Positions 7,666 through 17,812 of a DNA stretch of 36,610 nt are shown here, piece by piece. Under the pieces are notes generated by a model, which saw only the letters and a program-made list of their open reading frames with translations, had not been told where the DNA came from and ran no database searches. The stretch's first letter is position 1. Each line of letters opens with the position of its first letter. Position numbers and translations under genes: made by a program. Source of the stretch: Deltaproteobacteria bacterium (GTDB taxonomy: Bacteria; Desulfobacterota; Binatia; Binatales; Binataceae); NCBI GenBank assembly GCA_021799555.1, contig JAJZAG010000001.1, forward strand, positions 9,674 to 46,283. Direction: 5' to 3'.

Positions 7666-8520
7666 TTATTTCGTTTTCCGCGCCGACTCGAGCATCGCAA
7701 CCATGTCTCCCAGCACCGCGACGACCTTTGCGGGCGAGGCGACCCTGTACCGCGCATAACTGCGCTGCGCGGCGCCGACGCGAACAGTGACCCCTTCGTC
7801 GCGCAGTTCCAGGAACGCGTCTTCGTCGGTCGCATCGTCGCCGAAATAGACCGGCATCGGCGCGGGAGGACCGATCGCGGCCAGGATTCGCCGGACCGCC
7901 TCGCCTTTGCCGCCAGCCGCGCGCGGAAGCACTTCATCGACCATCTTCCCACCAAGGATTCGCAGGCGCGGGCACTCGGATGCGACAAATTGCGCGAACT
8001 TCGCGCGCGCGATTGATGCGGCTGCGGGCGCCGCGGTGCGGTAGTGCAACGCGATCGCGACGCGTTTGTCCTCGACCACAAAGCCCGCGCGGCGTGGAAT
8101 CTGAAACCGCATCCAGGCGCGGACTTTGGCGAGATCGCCGAGCGACTCTTTCGCAGCGGGGGAAAGGTAACGCCGGCCCGCGGGATCGACCATCTCGATC
8201 CCGTGGCTGCCGACCATCCAGACGCGGCCCTCCGGCTCGAGCAGCGCGGCCAAGGTCTTCAGGTCGCGTCCGCTGATTATCGCGAGCGCGATACGATCAG
8301 TATGGCGCGCCAGTGCGCTGATCGCGGGGCGGGCGAGCGCCACGGGCCGTGCGTCGGCGGGGCGCGCGGTGATTTCGGATAGAGTGCCGTCGTAGTCAAG
8401 ACACAGGAGCATCCGCCGCTTGTCCAGAATCGCGGGTAAGATTCCGCGCGGGAGCGGTTTGGGAATCGCGGCGGGGGCGCCCGGCGGCGTGGTGGATCTT
8501 GTGAGCGGCTTAAGGGTCAT
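7666..8520 (-). CDS. otsB: Trehalose-6-phosphate phosphatase
   Basis: HAD motifs LDYDGTL, ISGR, GSHG, EDK..A.HYR, GKMVDE, KG, YFGDDATDEDAF. Start set to ATG 8520 (uncertain). Confidence 0.9.
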   Translation of the reverse strand: MTLKPLTRSTTPPGAPAAIPKPLPRGILPAILDKRRMLLCLDYDGTLSEITARPADARPVALARPAISALARHTDRIALAIISGRDLKTLAALLEPEGRVWMVGSHGIEMVDPAGRRYLSPAAKESLGDLAKVRAWMRFQIPRRAGFVVEDKRVAIALHYRTAAPAAASIARAKFAQFVASECPRLRILGGKMVDEVLPRAAGGKGEAVRRILAAIGPPAPMPVYFGDDATDEDAFLELRDEGVTVRVGAAQRSYARYRVASPAKVVAVLGDMVAMLESARKTK

Positions 8521-8763
8521 GGCGAAAAGTACGCGGGCGAGCCGGATTCGGAGCAGATTCCCACGTGGCGATCGCGAAAATTCTCTCCGCATTCAGAGGC
8601 GAATCGAGCTATGATGCGATCAAGGCATCGTGTTTTTCAACTACCGCGGAAGGTAATTAGTTGCGGACCAGCGCGGCGGCGAAGTATTGTGCTCGCGCGT
8701 TTTGGATCGCAACGGCGCAAACGCGACCGGCGCCGGCGCGACAGCCGGTTGCTCGCCTCGACG

Positions 8764-10224
8764 ATGGAAGCATCAGCGCACACGGTCGAAACCCAGTCCG
8801 GCGGAAGGCTGATTGTTGTTTCAAACCGCGCTCCCGTACGCATCGTCCGCACAGGCAGCGAGAGCCGCTTCGAGACGACGGTGGGCGGCGTTGCGACGGC
8901 GTTCGTGCAGTTGCTCGACAAATATGGCGGCTTGTGGATCGCATGGTCCGGCGGCGTCGAGGAGTTCGGCCCGGCGATGACTGCGGCGCCGGAGCGGCGT
9001 TTCGCGATGCATCTGAAGAGGCTCAGCGAGTCCGAGGTTACGCTGTACTACTGGGGGATGTGCAATCGCGGGCTGTGGCCGTTGATGCATCAGATGACGG
9101 AATACTGCCGCTTCAACGCGCGGGAATGGAATGCATACCGCAAGGTGAACGAGAGTTTCGCGGCGGATTGCGCGACGGCGGCGGATACGGGCGATACGGT
9201 GTGGATTCAGGATTTTCATCTGGCGCTGATGCCGTCGTATTTGCGGCGCGGAGCGCCCAATCTTCCGATCGGCGTGTTCTGGCACGTGCCATTTCCGCCG
9301 CCCGGGATCATGGCGAAATTCCCGTGGCACACGGAATTGATCATGGGAATGCTGGGCGCCGATTTGATCGGCTTTCAGACTCGCGCGGACGCCCACGCCT
9401 TTCTTCGATGCTGCGAAACGTTTTGCACGGTCGCCGTCGATTACCAAAATGAACTGGTGCGCACCGACGGCAGGACGGTCGCGGTCGGAACTTTCCCGAT
9501 CGGCGCGCCGGTGGATTATTTCGAGCGGTTGGCCGCCGACCCGCACGCGGCGCGGCGGCTTAGACAAATCAAGCGCGCGGTCAAGGTTGAAAAACTGATC
9601 GTCGGCGTCGATCGCCTTGACTACACCAAGGGACTGATCGAGCGGTTGACCGCGTACGAGCGATTTCTCGAACGGCATCCGCGCTACGAAGGGCGCGTCA
9701 CGATGCTGCAAATCGCGGTGCCGTCGCGCACACGGGTGCATGAGTACATGATGCTCAGGCGGCAAATCGAGGAAAAGATCGCGCGGATCATCGCGCGGTT
9801 TTTTCGTGCCGGATGGCTGCCGGTGCGTTATCTCTACAAGCAGTATCCGCCGGAAACGCTGGCGGCCTATTACCTCGCCGCGGATGTCGCAATGGTAACG
9901 CCGCTGCGCGATGGGATGAACCTGGTCGCCAAGGAATATGTGGCGGCGCGGGCCGATTTGAACGGCGTGCTGGTCTTGAGCGAAAAAGCGGGAGCCGCTC
10001 AGGAACTCACCGAAGCGTTGATTGTCGATCCGACCAATATCGATCAGATGGTCGGGGTGATTAAGCAGGCGTTGGAACTCGAACCGGATGAGCGCAGAGC
10101 ACGGATGCGGGCGCTGCGGGCGCGCGTCAAGGAAAACACGCTCGAGCATTGGGCCGACACCTTCCTCGCCGCCCTGCGGGCGGCTTATCGGGGCGCACAT
10201 CCACACGCGATCGCGAAGTCATAG
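8764..10224 (+). CDS. otsA: Trehalose-6-phosphate synthase (GT20)
   Basis: [57 protein letters not shown] 8764 preferred over 8611. Confidence 0.92.
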   Translation: MEASAHTVETQSGGRLIVVSNRAPVRIVRTGSESRFETTVGGVATAFVQLLDKYGGLWIAWSGGVEEFGPAMTAAPERRFAMHLKRLSESEVTLYYWGMCNRGLWPLMHQMTEYCRFNAREWNAYRKVNESFAADCATAADTGDTVWIQDFHLALMPSYLRRGAPNLPIGVFWHVPFPPPGIMAKFPWHTELIMGMLGADLIGFQTRADAHAFLRCCETFCTVAVDYQNELVRTDGRTVAVGTFPIGAPVDYFERLAADPHAARRLRQIKRAVKVEKLIVGVDRLDYTKGLIERLTAYERFLERHPRYEGRVTMLQIAVPSRTRVHEYMMLRRQIEEKIARIIARFFRAGWLPVRYLYKQYPPETLAAYYLAADVAMVTPLRDGMNLVAKEYVAARADLNGVLVLSEKAGAAQELTEALIVDPTNIDQMVGVIKQALELEPDERRARMRALRARVKENTLEHWADTFLAALRAAYRGAHPHAIAKS

Positions 10225-10332
10225 AGTTCCGCGCAACAAGCGCGCGCCGGGATGGTCGGGAAAACGCGGCGATGCCGACCGCCGTTCATATTCGGGCGGC
10301 CAGCATCGCGGTGCGATTGGTGCTTGGGTGAC

Positions 10333-12225
10333 TTACGCCTCGAGCCGCTCGGTAGTATCGGCGGAGCGCATCGCGTCGAGCTTCAGGCCGCGGGTTTGCT
10401 CGGTGAACAGGCGCGCGTAAGTGCCGCCGCGGCGGAGCAGATCGGTATGGGTTCCGACCTCGACGACCGCGCCTTTGTCGAGAACGATAATCTGGTCCGC
10501 GGTGATGGCGCTGCGCAGGCGATGCGCGATCAGGAAGACCGTGCGGCCGACCATCAGGCGCTCCATTGCTTCGTGGATCAGGTTTTCAGATTCGGAATCC
10601 ACTGCGGAGGTTGCCTCGTCGAGAATGACGATTTTGGAGTCCTTGAGGAAAGCGCGCGCGAGCGCAAGGCGCTGGCGCTGTCCGCCGGAAACCTTGACGC
10701 CGCGCTCGCCGATAACGGTGTCGAGACCGTCGCTGAGATTTTCGACAAAATCAGCGAGGTTGGCCATTTCCAGCGCCTGCCAGAGCATCTCTTCAGTTGC
10801 GTCGGAGCGGGCGTAAAGCAGATTGTCGCGCACGCTTGCGCTGAACATCAACGCTTCCTGTGTAACGAGGCTTACGCTGTCGCGTAAAGATTTGAGGGTG
10901 AAGTGGCGCACGTCTTTGCCATCAAGCAGCACGCGGCCGGTCGTGGTGTCGTAAAAGCGCGGGATGAGGTTGGCAAGAGTAGTCTTGCCCGCACCCGAGC
11001 GGCCGACCAGCGCGACACGCGAGCCGCCCTGCACGTGCAGGTCAATTTGATTGAGCACGTTGCGGCGCTCGCCGCCTTCGCGCGGAGTGTAGCTGAAATT
11101 TACGCCTTCGAAATCAACCGAGCCCTTGCGTACCTTGAACGGGCGGGCAAGCGGATGGTCCACGATCTCGGGCTTGATATCGAGAAATCCGAAGATCCGT
11201 TCGATCGCCGCCATCGAGGTTGAAACGACCACCGAGAGCTGCGCGAAGCGTTCGAGGGGAACATACAGGAATTGAACCAGCGCATAGAAGGCGAGCAGCG
11301 TACCAAGCGTGATGCTGCCGCGCATTATCATCAGGGCGCCGATCCACACCACGACTGCCGGCGCACTGCGGGTCAGGAGCTGGATAAGCGCCTCGTTTGC
11401 GGCGGCCAGACGTGCCTTGTCAACCGAGCGGGCGTAAAGCTTTTCGCCACGATTGCGAAAGCGAGTTACTTCATGCGATTCGCGGCAAAACGACTTGACA
11501 GTTGACGCTCCGGTAACCCGCTCGTGAACCTCGGCGCTGATATCTGCGACCGCTTCCTGCATCCGATGGCTTACGGCCTTGATGCGCGGTGCGAAAATGT
11601 ACATGAAAGCAACCCAGAATGGCGCTACCGCGAGCGCGACCAGCGCCAGCCGCCAGTCCATCGCAAACAACATCAGGATGACCAGCGCGAGCGAGAACGC
11701 GTCCATCCAGACATCGATCAGCGCGGAACTGACCAGGTCGTTCGCTTGGGCGACGTCATTTAGCACGCGCGAGACGATCGCGCCGGAAGGATTTTGATCG
11801 AAAAACGAGTGCGGCAGGCGCTGCAGATGCTCGAACAGTTTGCATCGCAGGTCATGCATCAGGCCCTGGCCGCCGATCCCACCCCAATAGTTGCGATAGT
11901 AGCTCGCTAGCGATTGAACCCCGTAGAGCAACAATGTCACGATACTTAGAACGGCCAGCTTGGCCTGCGGGGTTGGCGCCATCCCCAGTATCCCGGCGCC
12001 TGCGATGCACAGGCGGTCAATCGTGCCGCTGATCGCGTCCAATTTCGGATGCGCGGCGACTAGGACGTCGGCCACGTATTTGAAAGCCCATGGAAATGCG
12101 AGTGGAAGTGTGAACTTGCCGATCCCGATCAGCGCCGCACCGACGACGTACCGCGAATGGGGCTTGATATAGGCTAGAAACCTGACCAGGGGACGGTCCG
12201 AGAAAGATACAGTGCTGTTATCCAC
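10333..12225 (-). CDS. ABC exporter, fused TMD+NBD (MsbA/Sav1866-like)
   Basis: Six-TM domain, then Walker A GRSGAGKT, signature VSGGQRQR, ILDEATSAVD and IAHRL. Start uncertain (GTG 12225 versus 12324). Confidence 0.9.
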   Translation of the reverse strand: MDNSTVSFSDRPLVRFLAYIKPHSRYVVGAALIGIGKFTLPLAFPWAFKYVADVLVAAHPKLDAISGTIDRLCIAGAGILGMAPTPQAKLAVLSIVTLLLYGVQSLASYYRNYWGGIGGQGLMHDLRCKLFEHLQRLPHSFFDQNPSGAIVSRVLNDVAQANDLVSSALIDVWMDAFSLALVILMLFAMDWRLALVALAVAPFWVAFMYIFAPRIKAVSHRMQEAVADISAEVHERVTGASTVKSFCRESHEVTRFRNRGEKLYARSVDKARLAAANEALIQLLTRSAPAVVVWIGALMIMRGSITLGTLLAFYALVQFLYVPLERFAQLSVVVSTSMAAIERIFGFLDIKPEIVDHPLARPFKVRKGSVDFEGVNFSYTPREGGERRNVLNQIDLHVQGGSRVALVGRSGAGKTTLANLIPRFYDTTTGRVLLDGKDVRHFTLKSLRDSVSLVTQEALMFSASVRDNLLYARSDATEEMLWQALEMANLADFVENLSDGLDTVIGERGVKVSGGQRQRLALARAFLKDSKIVILDEATSAVDSESENLIHEAMERLMVGRTVFLIAHRLRSAITADQIIVLDKGAVVEVGTHTDLLRRGGTYARLFTEQTRGLKLDAMRSADTTERLEA

Positions 12226-12495
12226 TAGCCTTTTCCCTTTTGGTTCGGCATCCGTAAGTAATGGGCTTGAACCGGGGAAGAAGAGAGCAACAGTCGTACC
12301 TACCTCATTCAAAGATAAATCCAAGCAAATTCAGGCTTTTTTTGTCGCGGGCGGAAGGAGCCGCCATACGGTTTGGTAATCCTTTGACCCATTTCGGAAG
12401 GCCGCCCGATTTCGTTCTGTTGAGCGATCTTCGATAATCCTGTTGGCGGAAGGCGAATAAAGCGCGATAGTCTTCGAAGCTTTGCGTGGCGATCG

Positions 12496-13893
12496 ATGGG
12501 TGCAGAAACCGGTGGGATGATGGCGGAGGTGGCGGAGACCGGTGGGGTTCAGCGATTCGACCAGACGGACGTAACGCCCGGTGCCAGCGCCGCAATAATC
12601 GCAGCGACCGTTATTCTGCTCCTCTATCAGGGCTACACCCTTTCTGTAGCCGGGGTTGCGGCACCCTGGATCGCGAAGAGCTTCGACCTGACCCAACCCG
12701 AGCTGGCGCGGTTGTTTGCGTGGATGTCAGCGTCGGCGATAGGTTCGCTATTGCTTGCGCGGATGGCGGATCGGGTCGGGCGCCGACGAATTATCGTTGT
12801 CAGCCTTTTGCTGACGCCGCTATTCTCCGCCGGCGCGGCGCTTTCGCCGCATCCGATATCATTCGCGGTTTTTCAGATTCTGATCGCGGCGCTGCTTGGA
12901 GGTTCGGTCTCTTCCGCGATCGTCCTTCTGGCCGAGCAGCTACCCGTCGAGCGCCGCGCGCAGGGGCAGGGATTCGCCGCCTTCGCAAGCGCGGTCGGTG
13001 GCGTGCTTGGCTATCTGCTCATCCCGTTTCTTCTCAAGTGGGGATACTCGTGGCGGTGGCTGCTCGCGCCGTCGGTCGCGGGAGCTATTTTGGTCTGGCC
13101 GGTCACCCGGATGCTGCCGCAGGAAACCCGCTTCGCGCAAAAGGTTATCGCCGCGTCGCGCGGTCAGAGCCATTTTTATGACATCATGCATCCGCTCTAT
13201 AGGCGACGATCGCTTACTCTGCTGGCCTGTGCGGCGCTCGACACGATGGCCGGGACGGCGGTCAACGGGTGGCTCTATTTCGAGGCGGTCTCGATTATCG
13301 GTCTTTCGCCGGGAAGTGCCAGCACGCTGGTGGTGGCCGGTATGGTGTTTGGTATGATCGGCTTCCCGATCGGTGCGTGGACTTCGGAACATCTTGGACG
13401 CGTGCCGACCGTCGCATGGTTTGGCGGTGCGGCGTGGCTCGGCGCGATCGCGTTCTACTGGGGTCCGGCTGGCGCGACAAGTTATCCGCTGCTTTTCCTG
13501 CTCGGATCGTATTGCTGGTTCAAGGTCGGGTCAGCGGTGATGACCGTCGGCGCCAACGCGGCGGCGACTGAACTGTTCCCGGCCGATATGCGCACCACGA
13601 TGGTCGGATGGCAGACCATTACGGGGGCGTTCTTCTCGATGCTGACGCAGGTGGTAATCGCGGCGCTCATTAAGCCGCTCGGCGGACTCGAGAACGTGAT
13701 CCGTTACTTCGCGCTGCTCGGCATTCCGAGCGCGATCCTGTTCGGTGCGTTTATCGACGAGACGCGGGGCCTCAAACTCGCCGTCGCCTCGAAAGAAGCA
13801 TTGTGGGATCGCCTCCATGGCCTCCACGCGCACCCATCGGGTGATTCTCGCCTGAACGCATCAGGCGCGGCGCAACCGGACCCGACGCGATGA
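12496..13893 (+). CDS. MFS transporter
   Basis: About 12 TM helices, motif A (ARMADRVGRRR), second-half SEHLGR, ELFP..MRTT and C-terminal ETRG. Confidence 0.88.
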   Translation: MGAETGGMMAEVAETGGVQRFDQTDVTPGASAAIIAATVILLLYQGYTLSVAGVAAPWIAKSFDLTQPELARLFAWMSASAIGSLLLARMADRVGRRRIIVVSLLLTPLFSAGAALSPHPISFAVFQILIAALLGGSVSSAIVLLAEQLPVERRAQGQGFAAFASAVGGVLGYLLIPFLLKWGYSWRWLLAPSVAGAILVWPVTRMLPQETRFAQKVIAASRGQSHFYDIMHPLYRRRSLTLLACAALDTMAGTAVNGWLYFEAVSIIGLSPGSASTLVVAGMVFGMIGFPIGAWTSEHLGRVPTVAWFGGAAWLGAIAFYWGPAGATSYPLLFLLGSYCWFKVGSAVMTVGANAAATELFPADMRTTMVGWQTITGAFFSMLTQVVIAALIKPLGGLENVIRYFALLGIPSAILFGAFIDETRGLKLAVASKEALWDRLHGLHAHPSGDSRLNASGAAQPDPTR

Positions 13894-15479
13894 CGACGAA
13901 AGCTCATAAAGCGCGAGTCCGGATGGTGTTGGCCGCGATGCTGGCGTTGTTAGTCTTTTGCGCGCTCACCGATCAAGGCGAGGCCGCGCGGCGCCGCAGC
14001 GTCCATCACCGCAAACCGACCCGAACGGCCACTCCAAGCGCGACACCGACGATCGCGATGCGTCCGCTGGTGCTGATAACCGGCGGCGTCGGCTCGCTGC
14101 GCGTGATGACGGCGACCAGTCCCTCGGTGCTGAGCACGGCGGAAGTTTATGATCCGGCAAAGGGCGTGTTCTTCCCTATCGATAACATGAAGTCCCGACG
14201 CGACCGGCAGTTCGCGGTTCGGCTCGCCGACGGACGCGTGCTGATCGGCGGCGGCGTCGATACGATCATGGTTCCATTGATGCTCTATCCGGGGCCGCCG
14301 ATGCCTTCGACGCTAGCCTCGACGGAGATATTCGATCCGCTGACCGGAGTATTCGCCGCGGCGGCACGAATGATCGACGCACGCGACCAGCCGACGGCAA
14401 CTCTGCTGACGAGCGGTAAGGTCCTGATCGCGGGCGGCGGAGTAGCCGTCACGGAACTCTATGACCCGGACGCGAAAAAGTTTGTTGCGGCTGGAGCGAT
14501 GGAATCGGCGCGCTTCGGCCAGACGGCCACGCTTATTGCCGAGGGCAATGTGTTGATTGCGGGCGGCGGCAGCGCCCGGGCGGAAATTTACCATCCCGCC
14601 ACGCAGAAGTTTTCGACCGGTGGTGAGATGAGCACCGATCGGATTTATCACACTGCAACTTTGCTGAGGGATGGCCGCGTGCTGATCGCTGGGGGCAGCC
14701 CGTACGCGCGCCGCGCGCCGCTTGACACGACGGATCTCTATGATCCGAAGAGCGACAAATTCGTCCCGGGACCAAAGATGACGGAGCCTCGCGCCGGACA
14801 CACCGCTACCCGACTCAAGGACGGTCGCGTCCTGATAGCTGGCGGCGGTGCGGACAATTCTGCCGAGATCTTCGATCCCGCGACGAACAAGTTTTCCGCG
14901 ACGGCTCCGATGATCGGCCGCCGCTTCGGTCACGTGGCAAAGCTCCTGCCCGATGGGCGCGTGCTAATTGCGGGCGGATGGGACGCAAGCTACAGTCCGA
15001 TGGCAAGCGCGGAGATATTCGATCCCTCAACCGGACGTTTCTCGCCCACTGGCAATATGACCCATGCTCGTGCTGGACAAACCGCGACGCTGATCTTCGC
15101 ACCGCTGCCAATCACCTGGTTCCATTCAACCCCAACCGCGACTCCGACAGCAACGGCGACGCCGACTACAACCGCAACCGCATCACCGACTGCAACCGCA
15201 ACGCCATCCGTCACGGCGACCGCGGCTGCATCGCCGACCAGAACCACAACCGCGACGCCCACCGCGCGGCCATCGCCGAAGCCGTCGGCAAAGCGTACGC
15301 CCAAGCCCCCGCCTGAGCTGGCGGTTCCAACGCGCAGCCCCAATGCCCGTGTTACGGCGAGCGAACGCGCAACACCCTTATCGAGTGCCTCGCCGCACGC
15401 GAGCGTCTTCGCCACTGTGACGCCGCCTTCGGCAACGTCCACAGCGACGCCCAGCGACTCGGACGGAATTACTCTATGA
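13890..15479 (+). CDS. Secreted Kelch-repeat beta-propeller protein with Thr/Pro/Ala-rich C-terminal tail
   Basis: Signal-peptide-like N terminus, seven VLI(A/T/G)GG...(E/D)(I/L/V)(Y/F)(D/H)P repeats and a TPTATP-type tail from about 15125. ATGA overlap with the MFS gene. Confidence 0.85.
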   Translation: MTTKAHKARVRMVLAAMLALLVFCALTDQGEAARRRSVHHRKPTRTATPSATPTIAMRPLVLITGGVGSLRVMTATSPSVLSTAEVYDPAKGVFFPIDNMKSRRDRQFAVRLADGRVLIGGGVDTIMVPLMLYPGPPMPSTLASTEIFDPLTGVFAAAARMIDARDQPTATLLTSGKVLIAGGGVAVTELYDPDAKKFVAAGAMESARFGQTATLIAEGNVLIAGGGSARAEIYHPATQKFSTGGEMSTDRIYHTATLLRDGRVLIAGGSPYARRAPLDTTDLYDPKSDKFVPGPKMTEPRAGHTATRLKDGRVLIAGGGADNSAEIFDPATNKFSATAPMIGRRFGHVAKLLPDGRVLIAGGWDASYSPMASAEIFDPSTGRFSPTGNMTHARAGQTATLIFAPLPITWFHSTPTATPTATATPTTTATASPTATATPSVTATAAASPTRTTTATPTARPSPKPSAKRTPKPPPELAVPTRSPNARVTASERATPLSSASPHASVFATVTPPSATSTATPSDSDGITL

Positions 15480-17727
15480 CCTCGACGGTGATCGAGTGAT
15501 GCTTTTCCAGCACTTCGACGGCGACCGCGCCGTCGGTGCGGCGCATCAGCAGCGATGCAGATTCGGAGCCGACACGTAAATTTTCCAGCTTGAGCCACTC
15601 GAGCCAATGCGGGATCGCGGGCGACTCGATTGTGACCCGCTTGCTCGCGCCATCGACCCTCAGCCCAAGCATCGACTGCACGATCGGAAATATGCTGGCT
15701 GCGGACCACGCCTGCGGATGACACGCGGTCGGATAGGGAACCGGGCCAACTTCAGCGCCGCGGTCAAAGCCGCACAAGAGCTCGGGCAGGCTCCCGATTC
15801 GCAAGCGAATCGCGGCGTTGAACATCCCTTCGAGGATTTTGATCACGCCCTGGCGGTTGCCGGCGCGGCCGAGTCCCATCGCCGCGAGCGCGTTGTCGTG
15901 CGGCCATACCGAGCCATTGTGATAGCTCATCGGATTGTAGCGGCGCTCGCCGGTCGAAAGTGTGCGCACGCCCCAGCCGGAGAACATGTCCGGCGCGAGC
16001 AGCCGCTCGCTCATTGCGGCCGCGTGCTCGCCTCCGACGAGGCCGGTGGCAAGGCAGTGCGCGCCATTGGAGGCCATCACTTCGCACGGGCGCTTGTCAC
16101 CGTCGAGTGCGAGCGCGAGCATCGCACGCCGCTCGACCCAGAATGTGCGAAGGAACACGGCCTTTAAGGCTTGGGCGCGCTTGGTGAGTTTGGCGGCGAC
16201 GTCCGTGCGGCCAAGCCGCGCTGCAACTTCTGCGAGCTTAGTGTACGCGGCGAAAACATAACCTTGCACTTCGGCCAGCGCGATCGGAGCCTTGGCGAGC
16301 GACCCGTCGGTGTGGGAGATTGAGTCGAAGGAGTCCTTCCACCCTTGGTTGGCAAGCCCATGCGGCGTCATCCGGTTATACTCGACCATCCCGTCGCCAT
16401 CGAGATCACCCCATCGCTCGATCCACTCGAGCGCCCGATCGACGTTTGACCACAGCTCGTGGGCAACTGTCAGGTCACCGGTTACCGAGACGTATTCACC
16501 AAGCAGCCACAGGAACAGAGGCGTGGAATCGACCGAACCATAGTAGCGTCCGAATGGAACTTCGCCGGTGGCGGCCATCTCTCCAGCGCGGACTTCGTGC
16601 ACGATTTTGCCGGGCTGTTCGTCGCGCGCGTCGTCGATACGCTCACCCTGTATCGCCGCAAGTGCGCGCAAGGTCTGGCCAGCGATATCGGGATTAAAGG
16701 CCAGCAGCGAGAGTGCGGTGATAATGCTGTCGCGACCGAACAGGGTCGCGAACCACGGGATTCCCGCCATCATGAAGGTTCCGGACGAGTCGCGACCGAT
16801 GATCGAGGTCAGATCCGCCATCGAGACGTCGAGCAGTCGATTGAACAGCTCGTCGCTCGAGCTCAGACGCGCCCATTGGCCGTCGCGATGGTTAATTTCC
16901 TCGCGCCGAAGCGCCAGAGCGTGGTCGAAATTTTGCGCGGTCTCATCGCCATGTAATGAAACTGCAGGCGCGGGTTCGAGGCGACAGCTTACTCGGGTCT
17001 CGATCGTGATCGACTCCCCGGCGTCGAGTTCGACGGCGTAGCGGGCGGCTTCGCCGGTGAGTTTAGCGGGTCGCGGGTCGAACGAAAGCTCCGTGATACG
17101 CGAGACTCCGTCGAGCCCGCGATATCGCAGCGCGGCTGTGGTTCCGGAATTTTTGGGTCTCCCGCGCTTGCCCTTGCGCTTGCGTTTTAGGCCGCGGACC
17201 TCGAAGAGATCGGCGAAGTCTGAATCAAACGATAAATCGAGCGGAAAGCTGACACGCTCGCGCGTGTAGTTCCGGGCGGTGACGCGGTGGTAGAGCGCGG
17301 CGTCGTTCAGCACCCAGGCACGTTCGAGCTGGATCGAGGTGCGCGGTACCGAGATCGCCCCGTCGCGCGCGCGCAGATGCGGATTAGTTAGGTTGACGAC
17401 CAGTTCGGCGTTGTCGTCGCTCAGATAAGAGTTCAGGTAGCATGGCGGTTTACCGTCGATCAGCATCTCGAAGCGGGAAAGAAACCGCGTGTCGCGATAG
17501 AAAAACCCGAGCGCCTCGAGCGGCGACACCGCCATATCTCCCGTCGTGTCGAAAACCGCAAAACTTTGCGCATGCGCCAGCACCCGGGATGACCCGGTGG
17601 TTGTGCCCGGGGACGCGAGCACGTAGTATTCGGACCCGACTTTGAGGGTGATCGGCACGGGACGTGAATCGCGAGCGGTTCGGCGCCTGGCCGCCTTGGA
17701 GTGGCGCGGGACTGGACGCTTTTTCAT
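15469..17727 (-). CDS. Amylo-alpha-1,6-glucosidase / glycogen debranching enzyme-like family protein
   Basis: GFFYRDTRFLSR, DFADLFEVRG, AGIPWFATLFGRDS, PGKIVHE, YYGSVDSTPL, GLANQGWKDS, YHNGSVWPHDN, LPELLCG, CHPQAWSA. Confidence 0.88.
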   Translation of the reverse strand: MKKRPVPRHSKAARRRTARDSRPVPITLKVGSEYYVLASPGTTTGSSRVLAHAQSFAVFDTTGDMAVSPLEALGFFYRDTRFLSRFEMLIDGKPPCYLNSYLSDDNAELVVNLTNPHLRARDGAISVPRTSIQLERAWVLNDAALYHRVTARNYTRERVSFPLDLSFDSDFADLFEVRGLKRKRKGKRGRPKNSGTTAALRYRGLDGVSRITELSFDPRPAKLTGEAARYAVELDAGESITIETRVSCRLEPAPAVSLHGDETAQNFDHALALRREEINHRDGQWARLSSSDELFNRLLDVSMADLTSIIGRDSSGTFMMAGIPWFATLFGRDSIITALSLLAFNPDIAGQTLRALAAIQGERIDDARDEQPGKIVHEVRAGEMAATGEVPFGRYYGSVDSTPLFLWLLGEYVSVTGDLTVAHELWSNVDRALEWIERWGDLDGDGMVEYNRMTPHGLANQGWKDSFDSISHTDGSLAKAPIALAEVQGYVFAAYTKLAEVAARLGRTDVAAKLTKRAQALKAVFLRTFWVERRAMLALALDGDKRPCEVMASNGAHCLATGLVGGEHAAAMSERLLAPDMFSGWGVRTLSTGERRYNPMSYHNGSVWPHDNALAAMGLGRAGNRQGVIKILEGMFNAAIRLRIGSLPELLCGFDRGAEVGPVPYPTACHPQAWSAASIFPIVQSMLGLRVDGASKRVTIESPAIPHWLEWLKLENLRVGSESASLLMRRTDGAVAVEVLEKHHSITVEVIE

Positions 17728-17812
17728 CGCGCGGCACTCACCGCGACAAGCAACACGGCAATCGGCGAGAAATTGCGCGGTGAATTCATCACGAACCTTT
17801 TTTCTCGACTGG

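Noticed and set aside
8821-10206. 461-aa minus-strand ORF (similarly 1816-2832, 17642-18955, 20391-21251, 24596-25399)
   Set aside because: Antisense shadows of well-supported genes in GC-rich DNA, with no recognisable motifs.
15125-15270. Repetitive ACC/GCG/CCG-rich DNA as a tandem repeat element
   Set aside because: Explained by the Thr-Pro-Ala coding tail of the Kelch protein. Codons vary between units.
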